64,000 nt of DNA, taken from assembly GCA_947625145.1 (NCBI GenBank), contig CANQNC010000004.1, forward strand, positions 11,107 through 75,106, read 5' to 3'. This DNA comes from an uncultured Clostridia bacterium (GTDB taxonomy: Bacteria; Bacillota; Clostridia; Christensenellales; CAG-917). A program made the translations under genes and the position numbers. Shown here piece after piece: positions 6,848-16,155 of this stretch (positions are counted from its first letter, which is position 1; each line of letters starts with the position of its first letter). Under the pieces are notes generated by a model. It was not told the DNA's origin. It did no database searches and worked only from the letters and a program-made list of their open reading frames with translations.

Positions 6848-8083
6848 TCAAATCAAAAGTTTGCACGCGCCGCTGTCGCGGATAGCAAGTTTGAACACGT
6901 TTTCCTCGCCGAACATGACATTCAAGGCGTTGTGGACTCCGCTTGCGGCGGGGTCGGCGAACGTCAAGATCGTGCCCGCAAATCCCCCGCCGTGCACTCT
7001 GTACGCAAGCACGCCATCTATCCTCTTCACGCTGTCGAGCGCGTTTTCGAGGTTGTGATTTTGGCATGCGGGAGAATAGGTGTTTTGCAGTTTGTATCTT
7101 GAACTCAGCCCCGACTCGTTGACAAGAGAGAGGAAACCCTCCTTGTCGCCCTCGTCTATCATTGCCACCGCGCGTTCCACCCTTGCGTTTTCCTCGAAGA
7201 AGTGCTCCGCCCTCAAAAATGCGCGAGGCTCGACAAGAGGGCGCACGCTCTCCTTTTCCGCCTCCCATTTTTCGGGAGATATCTCGTGCAAAAGTTTCGC
7301 TCCGAACTTTGAGGCGACCGACCTCATTTCAAGCGGGATCGCGGCGTAGTCGTCCGTGAGATTGGAGTGATCCCCTCCCGTCGCAATGACAAAGATGTCA
7401 AGATCGAACTTCCAATCCGCTTTTTTGACCGCGGGTTCTTCGAGGTCCGCGAAATCTATCATATTCACGCCACCGAGGGCGATCGCGCTTTGATCCATCA
7501 ATCCGCTCGGCTTGCCGAAGTAGGTGTTTTCGGCATATTGCGACGCTTTCGCCTTGAAAATGGGGCTCAACTCGCCGTCGTTGTACATGACGTTGAGTAT
7601 CTCCGCGATCACAAGTTCGAACGAGCTCGACGAGGAAACTCCCGAGCCTTTCGGGACAGAGGACGTCATACATGCGCAAAAACCGCCCACTCTCTTCCCC
7701 GAACGCGCAAAATAGTCCACGACGCCCTTGATGAGCGCCGTCGAGGTGCCTATCTCCGAAACGGAAAAGACGGGCGCGGCGCAGTCCACCCTGAGCATGG
7801 GATAGCCCTTGGATTTGACCTCTATCACTCCGTCCTCTCGTTTTGAGACAGCGGCGAGCGTGTCCACGTTGATAGCGGCGCAAAGCACCTTGCCGCCGTT
7901 GTGATCCGTGTGATTGCCTATCATCTCTATGCGGCCGGGCGAGGAGTAAAACTCGCGCGCGTCGGATCCGAACACCTCGCGGTGCATGGCGACAAGTTCC
8001 TCAAACCTGTCCAACTGAGCGGCGCCGTCCGTGCCGTAAATGTCCTTGCAGATCCCGTCCAAACCGCGTTTGTCTATGGGCAT
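6848..8083 (-). CDS. galK: galactokinase
   Basis: 411-aa ORF with the galactokinase signature GRIEMIGNHTDHNGG and the GHMP kinase motif PKGSGVSSSSSF. Confidence 0.9.
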   Translation of the reverse strand: MPIDKRGLDGICKDIYGTDGAAQLDRFEELVAMHREVFGSDAREFYSSPGRIEMIGNHTDHNGGKVLCAAINVDTLAAVSKREDGVIEVKSKGYPMLRVDCAAPVFSVSEIGTSTALIKGVVDYFARSGKRVGGFCACMTSSVPKGSGVSSSSSFELVIAEILNVMYNDGELSPIFKAKASQYAENTYFGKPSGLMDQSAIALGGVNMIDFADLEEPAVKKADWKFDLDIFVIATGGDHSNLTDDYAAIPLEMRSVASKFGAKLLHEISPEKWEAEKESVRPLVEPRAFLRAEHFFEENARVERAVAMIDEGDKEGFLSLVNESGLSSRYKLQNTYSPACQNHNLENALDSVKRIDGVLAYRVHGGGFAGTILTFADPAASGVHNALNVMFGEENVFKLAIRDSGACKLLI

Positions 8084-8159
8084 AACGATTGCCTCCCGCT
8101 TCCGCGCGCTCGCGTCTGCGCGAAAGTTGAAAAAATTTGATATGTTTTATATCTATTTA

Positions 8160-8188
8160 GTTATACAATATCCCCGAAAATTTGTCAA
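8160..8188 (-). promoter_or_regulatory. candidate galK promoter
   Basis: On the minus strand: TTGACA (8188-8183), 17-nt spacer, TATAAC (8165-8160). Confidence 0.5.
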
Positions 8189-8221
8189 CTGCGGGCAATT
8201 TGTTTTTTCCGCCGCAACCGC

Positions 8222-8250
8222 TTGCAAATTGAGTCGGGGTTTGCTATAAT
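8222..8250 (+). promoter_or_regulatory. candidate galT promoter
   Basis: TTGCAA (8222-8227), 17-nt spacer, TATAAT (8245-8250). It is divergent from the galK promoter. Confidence 0.55.
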
Positions 8251-8308
8251 ACAATCGTTTATTATCCCGTGGCGGTTTTGCCGCATTGGGGCGATTGTCG
8301 GAGTTGTT

Positions 8309-9868
8309 ATGGCAAGGATTTCTTATGAAACGCAAGCGAAGCAAAACATAAAAAAACTTATCGACCATGCCGAAAAAAAGCTGTATCTGCAAGATTTTGA
8401 CGCGATATATGTGCAAAACGCCTTGCTCGAGCTTTTCAAATTGACCGAGCCGTACGACGGCGACATAAAGGAATACGACCTTTACGCCGTGCTCACTCAA
8501 CTTTCGGCATACGCGGTCCGCATCAAACTCATTGAGGAAAACGACCGCCCCAACTTCGAGACAAAGTTGATGGGCATGGTCATGCCCGCTCCGTCAAAAG
8601 TCGTGGAATTGTTTGACGACACCGCAAGCTACAGCGGGATAGAAAAGGCGTGCGACATGCTGTTCAAGCTGGGCGAGGACAGCACATATCTCAGGCGCCC
8701 CGACCTCGACAAAAACATAGTTTGGCAGCACGACGCGCCAAGAGGACGGATCGTCGTCACCATCAACCTGTCCAAGCCCGAAAAAACTCCCGAGCAAGTG
8801 CGCCTTGCGAAGTTGGCAAAGGGCGGATATCCAAAATGTATGCTTTGCGCGGAAAACGTCGGCTGGACGGGCAACGCGGCAAAGCCCGCGCGGCAGACTC
8901 TGCGCACCATACCCTTCGAACTTGACGGCGAGCCTTGGTTCGCGCAATTTTCGCCGTATCAATATTTCGAGCAACATATCATAGCCGTAAGCGAAGAGCA
9001 TCGCCCCATGTGCGTGTCCGAGGGCACTTTCCGCCGCATGCTCGACTTTTTGGACATGTTCCCGCACTATTTCATAGGCTCGAACGCTGCCCTGCCCATC
9101 GTCGGCGGCTCCATCCTAGCGCACGATCACTATCAAGGCGGCAAAAAGGTGTTGCCCGTGTTTGAAAGAGGCGCGCGCAAGCACTTCCGCATGGCGGGAT
9201 TGCCGAACGTCCACATCTCAAAGGTGGATTGGTACAATTCCGTCGTCCGCGTAGAGTCAAAGGACAGGCAACAACTGCTGAAAGCGGTGGAAGCCTTCCG
9301 CAAGGCGTGGGACAATTACAGCGACGAAAGCGCAAACATAATCGCCTCCACAACTTCGGACGGCGAGGTCGTCCCTCACAACGCCATCACTCCCATTGCG
9401 TCCATCAATTCGGACGGCGAATATCAATTCAACCTCATCCTGCGCAACAACCGCACGGACGAAGCGCATCCCTACGGCATCTTCCATCCCTCGCAGGAGC
9501 TTCACAACATAAAGCAAGAGGCGATAGGCATCATTGAGGTCATGGGGCTGTTTATCCTGCCGGGCAGACTGGCTTCGGAAGCGGCGCAGATCAAGGATAT
9601 CCTCACGGGCAAAACTCCCCTCGACTTCAAGGCGCTTGCGGACGACTCTCATCCCCTGCACAGGCACCTCGGCATGATCACTCAGCTTGTCGTGGACAAC
9701 GGCACCGCTTGCAGCGAAAAAAAGGCGGGAGACGCAGTAACGGACTATATCAACCTCGCATGCGAAAAGATCCTAGACACCACCGCCGTGTTCAAAAACA
9801 CCGACGAGGGACAAGCCGCGTTCGACCGCTTCATCACAAGCGTCACGGAGGGGAAACAGGCGATCTGA
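8309..9868 (+). CDS. galT: UDP-glucose--hexose-1-phosphate uridylyltransferase (long, Firmicute-type GalT)
   Basis: ATG 8309 follows GGAG. The roughly 519-aa product starts MARISYETQAKQNIKKLIDHAEKKLYL and matches the type-2 GalT layout (GYPKCMLCAENVG...ILAHDHYQGG). Confidence 0.85.
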   Translation: MARISYETQAKQNIKKLIDHAEKKLYLQDFDAIYVQNALLELFKLTEPYDGDIKEYDLYAVLTQLSAYAVRIKLIEENDRPNFETKLMGMVMPAPSKVVELFDDTASYSGIEKACDMLFKLGEDSTYLRRPDLDKNIVWQHDAPRGRIVVTINLSKPEKTPEQVRLAKLAKGGYPKCMLCAENVGWTGNAAKPARQTLRTIPFELDGEPWFAQFSPYQYFEQHIIAVSEEHRPMCVSEGTFRRMLDFLDMFPHYFIGSNAALPIVGGSILAHDHYQGGKKVLPVFERGARKHFRMAGLPNVHISKVDWYNSVVRVESKDRQQLLKAVEAFRKAWDNYSDESANIIASTTSDGEVVPHNAITPIASINSDGEYQFNLILRNNRTDEAHPYGIFHPSQELHNIKQEAIGIIEVMGLFILPGRLASEAAQIKDILTGKTPLDFKALADDSHPLHRHLGMITQLVVDNGTACSEKKAGDAVTDYINLACEKILDTTAVFKNTDEGQAAFDRFITSVTEGKQAI

Positions 9869-10187
9869 TTGGTCGGATCATGTGACGAAGCCCAAAACGC
9901 TTGACAGTGCTCGGACAGAACGGAGTTTGCAACAAACTTAAAGCACTTGGCAAGTGTTATGATATATCGAATTTAGGCGCGGAGTTTGGAACGCCGGACA
10001 AATATTCGGATATATCGGATTTTGCAACAAAGCTAGGACGTTTGGCAAATGTAAGTATTTGAATAAAACGGATTTGGGCATTTGGGAACGGAATTCGGAA
10101 TAAACATTCGGAAACATTGGGTTTATAGCAGATATCGCGTCAAAAACGCTTCATAAATATTTGGAATTTCAAAAGCTCACAAAAATC

Positions 10188-10220
10188 AAAACGGTTTGGC
10201 AAAAAGCCAAACCGTTTATT
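10188..10220. terminator. bidirectional intrinsic terminator between convergent galT and hup
   Basis: AAACGGTTTGGC-AAAAA-GCCAAACCGTTT, a perfect 12-bp stem flanked by A/T runs on both sides. Confidence 0.7.
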
Positions 10221-10256
10221 ATGCCCGCCCTGATTGGGCGTTTGATGCGTTTTGAG

Positions 10257-10529
10257 TTATTTGAACAGTTCTTTGAAGCTCTTTCCGAACTTAAGAACGG
10301 GTGTTCTGGACGCGGCAATAGTGATGGGCTGCTTTGTGAGGGGATTGAAGCCCTGTCTCTCAGCCTTCTCTTTGATTTCGTAGGTGCCAAAGTTTGCGAT
10401 CGCCACTTTGTCGCCTGCTTTGAGTGCGTCTGTCACTGTTGCAACATAAGCCTCTACTGCTGCGGATGCATCCTTCAGTGAAAGGTCAGCTCTCTTTGCT
10501 ACTTCTCTTATAAGATCTTGTTTGTTCAT
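10257..10529 (-). CDS. hup: DNA-binding protein HU
   Basis: 90-aa ORF MNKQDLIREVAKRADLSLKDASAAVEAYV...FGTYEIKEKAERQGFNPLTKQPITIAASRTPVLKFGK, preceded by the RBS TAGGAGG. Confidence 0.93.
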   Translation of the reverse strand: MNKQDLIREVAKRADLSLKDASAAVEAYVATVTDALKAGDKVAIANFGTYEIKEKAERQGFNPLTKQPITIAASRTPVLKFGKSFKELFK

Positions 10530-10557
10530 ATTAGCCTCCTATTAGCTTTCTTACGAC

Positions 10558-10586
10558 ATTATAGAATAATTTGTCGAAAAACGCAA
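10558..10586 (-). promoter_or_regulatory. candidate hup promoter
   Basis: On the minus strand: TTGCGT (10586-10581), 17-nt spacer, TATAAT (10563-10558). Confidence 0.5.
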
Positions 10587-10647
10587 GCCTTATTTTGATA
10601 ATATATCAGAGTATTTGCATTTTCTTTATATTTTACACCCCAAACAG

Positions 10648-10818
10648 GGTAAAACCGCCTGTACGAGCGAATAGCTGCGTCAGCTATATTTCCAAAAGTT
10701 AAGATAGAGTGCCTCCCCGGGGTCCCCATCAAAATGCGTAGCGTTTTCATGGGGTGGGATTAGTCTTGTCGTTCAGGGGGCGCTTCCTTGCTCTTCATCC
10801 CGTACAGGCGGTTTTACC
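10648..10818. repeat. 171-bp MITE-like unit with perfect 18-bp terminal inverted repeats
   Basis: GGTAAAACCGCCTGTACG (10648-10665) and CGTACAGGCGGTTTTACC (10801-10818). The interior holds hairpins ATAGCTG-CGT-CAGCTAT and CCCCATCAAAA...TTTTCATGGGG. Confidence 0.5.
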
Positions 10819-11186
10819 TTTCACTATTATATTTTACGTTGTCATCTCGTCCTCTCCTCTCGCGCTGTTGAGCAATATGTATTGTCATCAACTCAATTTA
10901 ATATGATAGCTTGATATGATAGCTTGTGCGAGACATCTTCAGGGTCCCCATCAAAACATGCAATGTTTTCATGGGCGGGATTGGGCGCCTCGGGCCCTCT
11001 TTCCTTGCTCTTCATCTCAATATCGCCGTTTTGCACATAATCCTTATTTGCATATTTTGTAATATATATAGTAAAACTTTATGTTGATTGAAAAAATCAA
11101 TACCAAGCCACCAACAAACAGTATATGTGCTGCGCAAATCACAAAATAAAAAGTACATTGCCCGTACGAGACAAACAAAAAAACCT

Positions 11187-11418
11187 CTATTCACCCAAAA
11201 TCACAAAAGCATATAAAGTAAAACAGCAATATTTATACGCTAGGCTAGGAAAAAGTCAACTTCACAATAGTGCGAGCGGAAAGGATACTATGTGTACCAA
11301 TCATTTGATAAAGAAATGTAAAACCGTCTGTAAGGGATGAAAGACAAGGAAACAGCTATTCGCCCAAAATCACAAAAATATATTAAGTAAAACCGCAATA
11401 TTTGGATGCTAGGCTAGG
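11187..11418. repeat. two 63-nt direct repeats (11187-11249 and 11356-11418), members of the same repeat family
   Basis: CTATTC(A/G)CCCAAAATCACAAAA...AAGTAAAAC(A/C)GCAATATTT...GCTAGGCTAGG. About 55 of 63 positions are identical by hand alignment. The period is 169 bp. Confidence 0.6.
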
Positions 11419-11520
11419 AAACAGCCCTATCACGAGTCGCCCAATGTACATGAGGTACATGACGGCGAGGGATAGGGCTGTTGACAACACATAGCGCCAA
11501 ATAGTGCGGTTTTACCCGTT

Positions 11521-13635
11521 TTACGCTTTCTTTAAGATTTCTTTAAGGCGCAGATCCACCCTATGCTTCTCGTCTATCTTGATGACCTTGACGAGCACGA
11601 TATCGCCGACATTTACGACGTCGGTGACCTTTTCCACACGCTTGTCGGAGAGCTTGGAAATGTGGATCATTCCGTCCTTGCCGGGGGCAAAGTTGACGTT
11701 GGCGCCAAACTGCCCTTTGTCGTTTTCCATGATCTTGGTGACGATGCCCTCGTAGACGTCGCCGACCTCCACGTCGCGGACGATGGTTTCGATGATGGAG
11801 CGCGCCTTTTTGATCGCGGCGTCGTCGTTGGACGCCACAAACACCACGCCGTCGTCGTTGATGTCGATCTTGACGCCCGTGTCCTCGACGATCTTGTTGA
11901 TTGTCTTGCCGCCCTTGCCGATGATGTCGCCGATCTTGTCGGGATCCACCTCAAAGGACACGATCTTGGGCGCCCACTTGCTCAGTTCGGGACGGGGAGC
12001 GGAGATGACAGCGTTCATCTTTTTCAGTATCTCCAACCTGCCCAGCCTTGCCTGCTCGAGCGCGCGAGTGAGGATAGCCTCGTCTATGCCCTTGATCTTG
12101 ATGTCCATCTGTATCGCGGTGATGCCGTTTTCGGTGCCCGCCACTTTGAAGTCCATGTCGCCGAGGAAGTCCTCAAGCCCCTGAATGTCCGTGAGCACAG
12201 CGACCTTGCCTTCCGCCTCGTTTTTGATAAGTCCCATTGCTATGCCAGCGACGGGAGCCTTGATGGGCACGCCCGCGTCCATAAGCGCAAGCGTACTGCC
12301 GCACACCGAAGCCTGTGACGTGGAGCCGTTTGAGCTGAGGATGTCCGAAACGGTGCGAATGGCATAGGGGAATTCCTCTTCAGAGGGAAGCACGGGTTCG
12401 AGCGCGCGCTCTGCGAGAGCGCCATGCCCTATCTCGCGTCTGCCCGGGCTCTTGAGGGATTTTGCCTCGCCTGTGGAATATCCGGGCATGTTGTATTGAT
12501 GCATATACCTCTTGTAATAGTCGTCGTCAAGGCCTTCGAGACGTTGCGCCTCGGAGATCGTGCCGAGCGTGCAAGTGGTGAGCGCTTGGGTCTGACCTCT
12601 TGTGAACACCGCGCTGCCGTGGACTCTCGGGAGCATGCCGACCTCTATCCAAATAGGACGGATCTCGGTGAGCGCTCTGCCGTCGGGACGGACGCCCTTA
12701 TCAAGGATCTTCGCGCGCACTTTCTCTTTTTTGAGATAATAGAGGCTGTCGAGGATGAATTTGACCTTTTTCTGCTCGTCGTTCCACTCGTCGGCGAAAT
12801 GCGCGAGCACTTCCTCGTTGAGCGCGTCCTCTCTTGCCTCGCGCTCATAGCGGTCGAACGCCTCGAGCACAAAGTCCATCTTTTTGTCCGCGTACTCGCG
12901 CACTGCGGCGTCGATGAACTCGGGGACATGCTCGAGCTCGATATCCTGCTTCGGTTTGCCGACCTCTTTTTGGATGTCCTCAATGAAGGCGACGATCTTT
13001 TTGATCTCCTCATGTCCGAACATGATCGCGCCGAGCATTTCCTGCTCGGAGATGACGTCCGCGCCCGCTTCGACCATCATGATGGCGTCCTTTGTGCCGC
13101 TGAGGTTGAGCGTCAGGCGGGATTTTGCGCGCTGTTCGCTGTCGGGATTGATGACGTACTCGCCGTCCACAAGCCCCACTACGACCGAACCCGTAGGCCC
13201 TGCCCACGGAATGTCCGAAATGCTGAGCGCGATGGACGAGCCTATCATGCCGAACACTTCGGGCGGAATGTTTGTGTCAACCGACAACACGGTCGCAATG
13301 ACGGTGACGTCGTTGTAAAGCCCCTTGGGGAAGAGAGGACGGATGGGGCGATCGATAAGCCTTGACGTAAGGATGGCTTTGTCGCTTGCCCTGCCCTCGC
13401 GCTTCTTGAAGCCGCCGGGGATCTTGCCGATCGCGTACATTTTTTCCTCGTAATCCACGCTCAACGGGAAAAAGTCCATGCCCTCGCGGGGAGCCTTGCT
13501 CATCGTTGCGTTGACCATGACAACGGTGTCTCCGCAACGGACCACGCACGAACCGTTTGCCTGCGAGCAGTACGCGCCGATCTCAACGATCAGCTCTCTG
13601 CCGCCGATCGTAGTTTTGAAAATCTTTCTTTCCAT
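11521..13635 (-). CDS. pnp: polyribonucleotide nucleotidyltransferase (PNPase)
   Basis: 704-aa ORF with two RNase PH domains plus KH (GDIIGKGGKTINKI) and S1 (VGDVYEGIVTKI) domains. It lies downstream of rpsO. Confidence 0.95.
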   Translation of the reverse strand: MERKIFKTTIGGRELIVEIGAYCSQANGSCVVRCGDTVVMVNATMSKAPREGMDFFPLSVDYEEKMYAIGKIPGGFKKREGRASDKAILTSRLIDRPIRPLFPKGLYNDVTVIATVLSVDTNIPPEVFGMIGSSIALSISDIPWAGPTGSVVVGLVDGEYVINPDSEQRAKSRLTLNLSGTKDAIMMVEAGADVISEQEMLGAIMFGHEEIKKIVAFIEDIQKEVGKPKQDIELEHVPEFIDAAVREYADKKMDFVLEAFDRYEREAREDALNEEVLAHFADEWNDEQKKVKFILDSLYYLKKEKVRAKILDKGVRPDGRALTEIRPIWIEVGMLPRVHGSAVFTRGQTQALTTCTLGTISEAQRLEGLDDDYYKRYMHQYNMPGYSTGEAKSLKSPGRREIGHGALAERALEPVLPSEEEFPYAIRTVSDILSSNGSTSQASVCGSTLALMDAGVPIKAPVAGIAMGLIKNEAEGKVAVLTDIQGLEDFLGDMDFKVAGTENGITAIQMDIKIKGIDEAILTRALEQARLGRLEILKKMNAVISAPRPELSKWAPKIVSFEVDPDKIGDIIGKGGKTINKIVEDTGVKIDINDDGVVFVASNDDAAIKKARSIIETIVRDVEVGDVYEGIVTKIMENDKGQFGANVNFAPGKDGMIHISKLSDKRVEKVTDVVNVGDIVLVKVIKIDEKHRVDLRLKEILKKA

Positions 13636-13702
13636 TTTACACTCCTATATTCTCGGGGATTCCGTCATCCCCTGATATCCTGTCGAGGGAGCCGTTCGCT
13701 CC

Positions 13703-13730
13703 CAAAAAATAGGGTGCGGAAATCGCACCC
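13703..13730 (-). terminator. rpsO terminator / pnp leader attenuator
   Basis: On the minus strand: GGGTGCG-ATTTC-CGCACCC followed by TATTTTTTG. A second hairpin GGGAGCGAACGGCTCCC follows in the pnp leader. Confidence 0.65.
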
Positions 13731-13736
13731 GTAAAA

Positions 13737-14000
13737 TCACTTCCTGAGCCCCAGCGAGTTGACTATCGCGCGGTATCTCTCGATGTCAACGTCTTTGAGA
13801 TAGTTGAGCAGGCTCCTGCGGTGACCGACCATCATCAACAAGCCTCTGCGGCTGTGATGGTCCTTTTGATGAACTTTGAGATGCTCGGTGAGCTCGGTGA
13901 TGCGCTGTGTGAGAAGCGCGATCTGCACCTCGGGAGAACCTGTGTCGCCCTCGCTGCGAGCATACTTGGCGATGATCTGTTGCTTCAATTCCTTATCCAT
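13737..14000 (-). CDS. rpsO: 30S ribosomal protein S15
   Basis: 87-aa ORF ...[51 protein letters not shown]..., preceded by the RBS AAGGAGG. Confidence 0.95.
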   Translation of the reverse strand: MDKELKQQIIAKYARSEGDTGSPEVQIALLTQRITELTEHLKVHQKDHHSRRGLLMMVGHRRSLLNYLKDVDIERYRAIVNSLGLRK

Positions 14001-14090
14001 TGTTTAACCTCCTTCGATGGATAAAATATTCGCTTGCAACCAAGTAGAAACTCGGAGTTTTGTCTCAACCTCGTCGCAAGTACGTTTGAT

Positions 14091-14119
14091 ATGATACCAC
14101 AACCTTCGAATATTGTAAA
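14091..14119 (-). promoter_or_regulatory. candidate rpsO promoter
   Basis: On the minus strand: TTTACA (14119-14114), 17-nt spacer, TG-extended TATCAT (14096-14091). A leader of roughly 85 nt follows. Confidence 0.45.
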
Positions 14120-14302
14120 CAAATTTGATCACTTTTATAATATTTTTATCCTTAAAGCGCTCCCCCGCGACGCGCGCTTCGACTTCCCGTCGAGCCTCAG
14201 CCGTTCCCGTCCGAATTTAGGGCGGCAAAAGCCGCGGATGCGAAGCCCGTCGAGCTTCAAAAAAACAACGCGGAAAAAATATCCGCACTTGATAGATTTT
14301 TA

Positions 14303-14331
14303 TTGAAAAAATTTTTTCGGTATGCTAATAT
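14303..14331 (+). promoter_or_regulatory. candidate promoter of the NifU-like/GGGtGRT operon
   Basis: TTGAAA (14303-14308), 17-nt spacer, TAATAT (14326-14331) preceded by TGC. Confidence 0.5.
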
Positions 14332-14397
14332 ATCTGTATTAAATCAAAATTTTTTAAGGAGGTTTTCCGAGCCGTTTTCGGCGAGGAAGCAAACATT

Positions 14398-15099
14398 ATG
14401 CAATATTCAAGCGAAGTTGAACAAATGTGCTGCGTTGCAAAGGGTCCCAATCACGGACCTGCTCCTATCCCCGAAGAGGGAAAGTGGGTTCAGGCGAAAG
14501 AAATCAAGGACATCAGCGGCTTTTCGCACGGCATAGGCTGGTGCGCGCCGCAACAGGGCGCATGCAAACTCAGCCTCAACGTCAAAAACGGCGTGATCCA
14601 AGAGGCGCTTGTCGAAACGATCGGCTGTTCGGGCATGACGCACTCCGCGGCAATGGCGGCTGAGATCCTCGCGGGCAAGACCATTCTCGAGGCGCTCAAC
14701 ACCGACCTCGTTTGCGACGCCATCAACACAGCTATGCGCGAACTGTTCTTGCAGATTGTCTACGGCAGAACGCAATCCGCGTTTTCCGAGGACGGCCTCG
14801 TGATCGGCGCAGGGCTCGAGGACTTGGGCAAGGGCCACAGAAGTCAGGTCGGCACAATGTACTCCACAGTCGCAAAAGGCCCCCGATATCTTGAAATGGC
14901 GGAAGGCTATGTGACAAGGCTCGCGCTTGACGAAAACGACGAGATCATAGGTTATGAATTCTGCCGCCTCGGCATGTTTATGGACGCCGTAAAGAGAGGA
15001 GAGGACGCAAACGAAGCCCTCAAGGCAAACACCAAAACCTATGGCAGATTCAAAAAAGAGGACGGCGCCGTCAAGTGGATCGATCCTCGCCAAAACTGA
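14398..15099 (+). CDS. NifU/IscU-like scaffold-domain protein (partner of the GGGtGRT protein)
   Basis: 233-aa ORF. Its core GACKLSLNVKNGVIQEALVETIGCSGMTHSAAMAAEILAGKTILEAL parallels the bona fide NifU in this window (CGDIMQITMRINDDGIIEDAKFKTFGCAAAVASSSTATGMIIGKTIEEAL). Confidence 0.75.
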   Translation: MQYSSEVEQMCCVAKGPNHGPAPIPEEGKWVQAKEIKDISGFSHGIGWCAPQQGACKLSLNVKNGVIQEALVETIGCSGMTHSAAMAAEILAGKTILEALNTDLVCDAINTAMRELFLQIVYGRTQSAFSEDGLVIGAGLEDLGKGHRSQVGTMYSTVAKGPRYLEMAEGYVTRLALDENDEIIGYEFCRLGMFMDAVKRGEDANEALKANTKTYGRFKKEDGAVKWIDPRQN

Positions 15100-15114
15100 T
15101 AGGAGGGCAAAAAA

Positions 15115-16119
15115 ATGAGCGTAACCTTTGAAGGATATGAAAGAAGAATAGACAAGATCAACAAGACGCTTGCAAACTATGGCATAAAGGATCTGGAAGA
15201 GGCAAAACAAATCTGCCTCGACAATGGCATCGACTGCGAAGCTATCGTCAAAGGCGTCCAACCCATAGCGTTTGAAAACGCCGTTTGGGCTTACACAGTC
15301 GGATGCGCGATCGCCATCAAAAAACATTGCGTAGAAGCTGCCGCCGCCGCTGAAGCCATCGGCGAGGGTCTGCAATCCTTCTGCATCCCCGGCTCGGTCG
15401 CAGAACAGCGCAAGGTCGGCCTCGGACACGGAAATCTCGCGGCAATGTTGCTCAGAGAGTCCACAAAATGCTTCGCCTTCCTCGCGGGCCACGAGTCCTT
15501 CGCCGCCGCAGAGGGCGCGATCGGCATTGCAAGGACCGCAAACAAGGTCCGCAAAACTCCCCTGAAAGTCATCCTCAACGGGCTTGGCAAGGACGCCGCG
15601 TTCATCATCTCGCGCATCAACGGCTTCACGTATGTCCAAACCAAGATGGACTATTTCACGGGCGAAGTCAAAATCGTAAAAGAAACCGCATACAGCAAGG
15701 GCGAGCGCGCCGCAGTCAGAGTGTACGGCGCAGATGACGTCACCGAGGGCGTCGCGATCATGCGCCTCGAGGACGTGGACGTCTCCATCACAGGCAACTC
15801 CACCAACCCCACCCGCTTCCAGCACCCCGTCGCGGGCACCTACAAAAAATGGTGCTGGGACAACGGCAAAAAATACTTCTCCGTGGCGTCAGGCGGCGGC
15901 ACAGGCAGAACTCTGCACCCCGACAATATGGCGGCGGGTCCCGCGTCCTACGGCATGACGGACACAATGGGCAGAATGCACTCGGACGCTCAGTTCGCAG
16001 GCAGCTCCTCCGTCCCCGCACACGTCGAAATGATGGGCCTCATCGGCATGGGCAACAATCCGATGGTTGGTGCATCAGTTGCTTGCGCAGTCGCTGTTCA
16101 AGAGGCACTTGCTAAATAA
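15115..16119 (+). CDS. GGGtGRT-family protein (function unknown)
   Basis: 334-aa ORF carrying the eponymous motif SGGGTGRTLHPD (GGGTGRT at nt 15892-15912). The RBS is AGGAGGG. Confidence 0.8.
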   Translation: MSVTFEGYERRIDKINKTLANYGIKDLEEAKQICLDNGIDCEAIVKGVQPIAFENAVWAYTVGCAIAIKKHCVEAAAAAEAIGEGLQSFCIPGSVAEQRKVGLGHGNLAAMLLRESTKCFAFLAGHESFAAAEGAIGIARTANKVRKTPLKVILNGLGKDAAFIISRINGFTYVQTKMDYFTGEVKIVKETAYSKGERAAVRVYGADDVTEGVAIMRLEDVDVSITGNSTNPTRFQHPVAGTYKKWCWDNGKKYFSVASGGGTGRTLHPDNMAAGPASYGMTDTMGRMHSDAQFAGSSSVPAHVEMMGLIGMGNNPMVGASVACAVAVQEALAK

Positions 16120-16155
16120 AAATAGCCACTGTTTAGTAGCATAATAGCGTTTCAA

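Noticed and set aside
8257-8308. LacI/GalR-type operator in the galT leader (ATAATACAATCGTTTATTAT)
   Set aside because: Only the outer AT-rich arms are symmetric, the central bases do not match the TGTAAACGTTTACA-type consensus, and no galR gene is in the window. The evidence is too weak to call.
10559-11340. Small ORFs (63, 60 and 71 aa) inside the pnp-hup repeat block
   Set aside because: They have no RBS and lie across repeat copies in different frames. The AT-rich sequence generates chance ORFs, and none is conserved between the paralogous repeat units.
14407-15825. 472-aa minus-strand ORF spanning both the NifU-like and GGGtGRT genes
   Set aside because: It is antisense to two plus-strand genes that have clear family motifs, RBSs, a promoter and a terminator. 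Its translation is low-complexity and A/D/G/R-rich, which is typical of a shadow ORF in GC-rich DNA, and it has no RBS.
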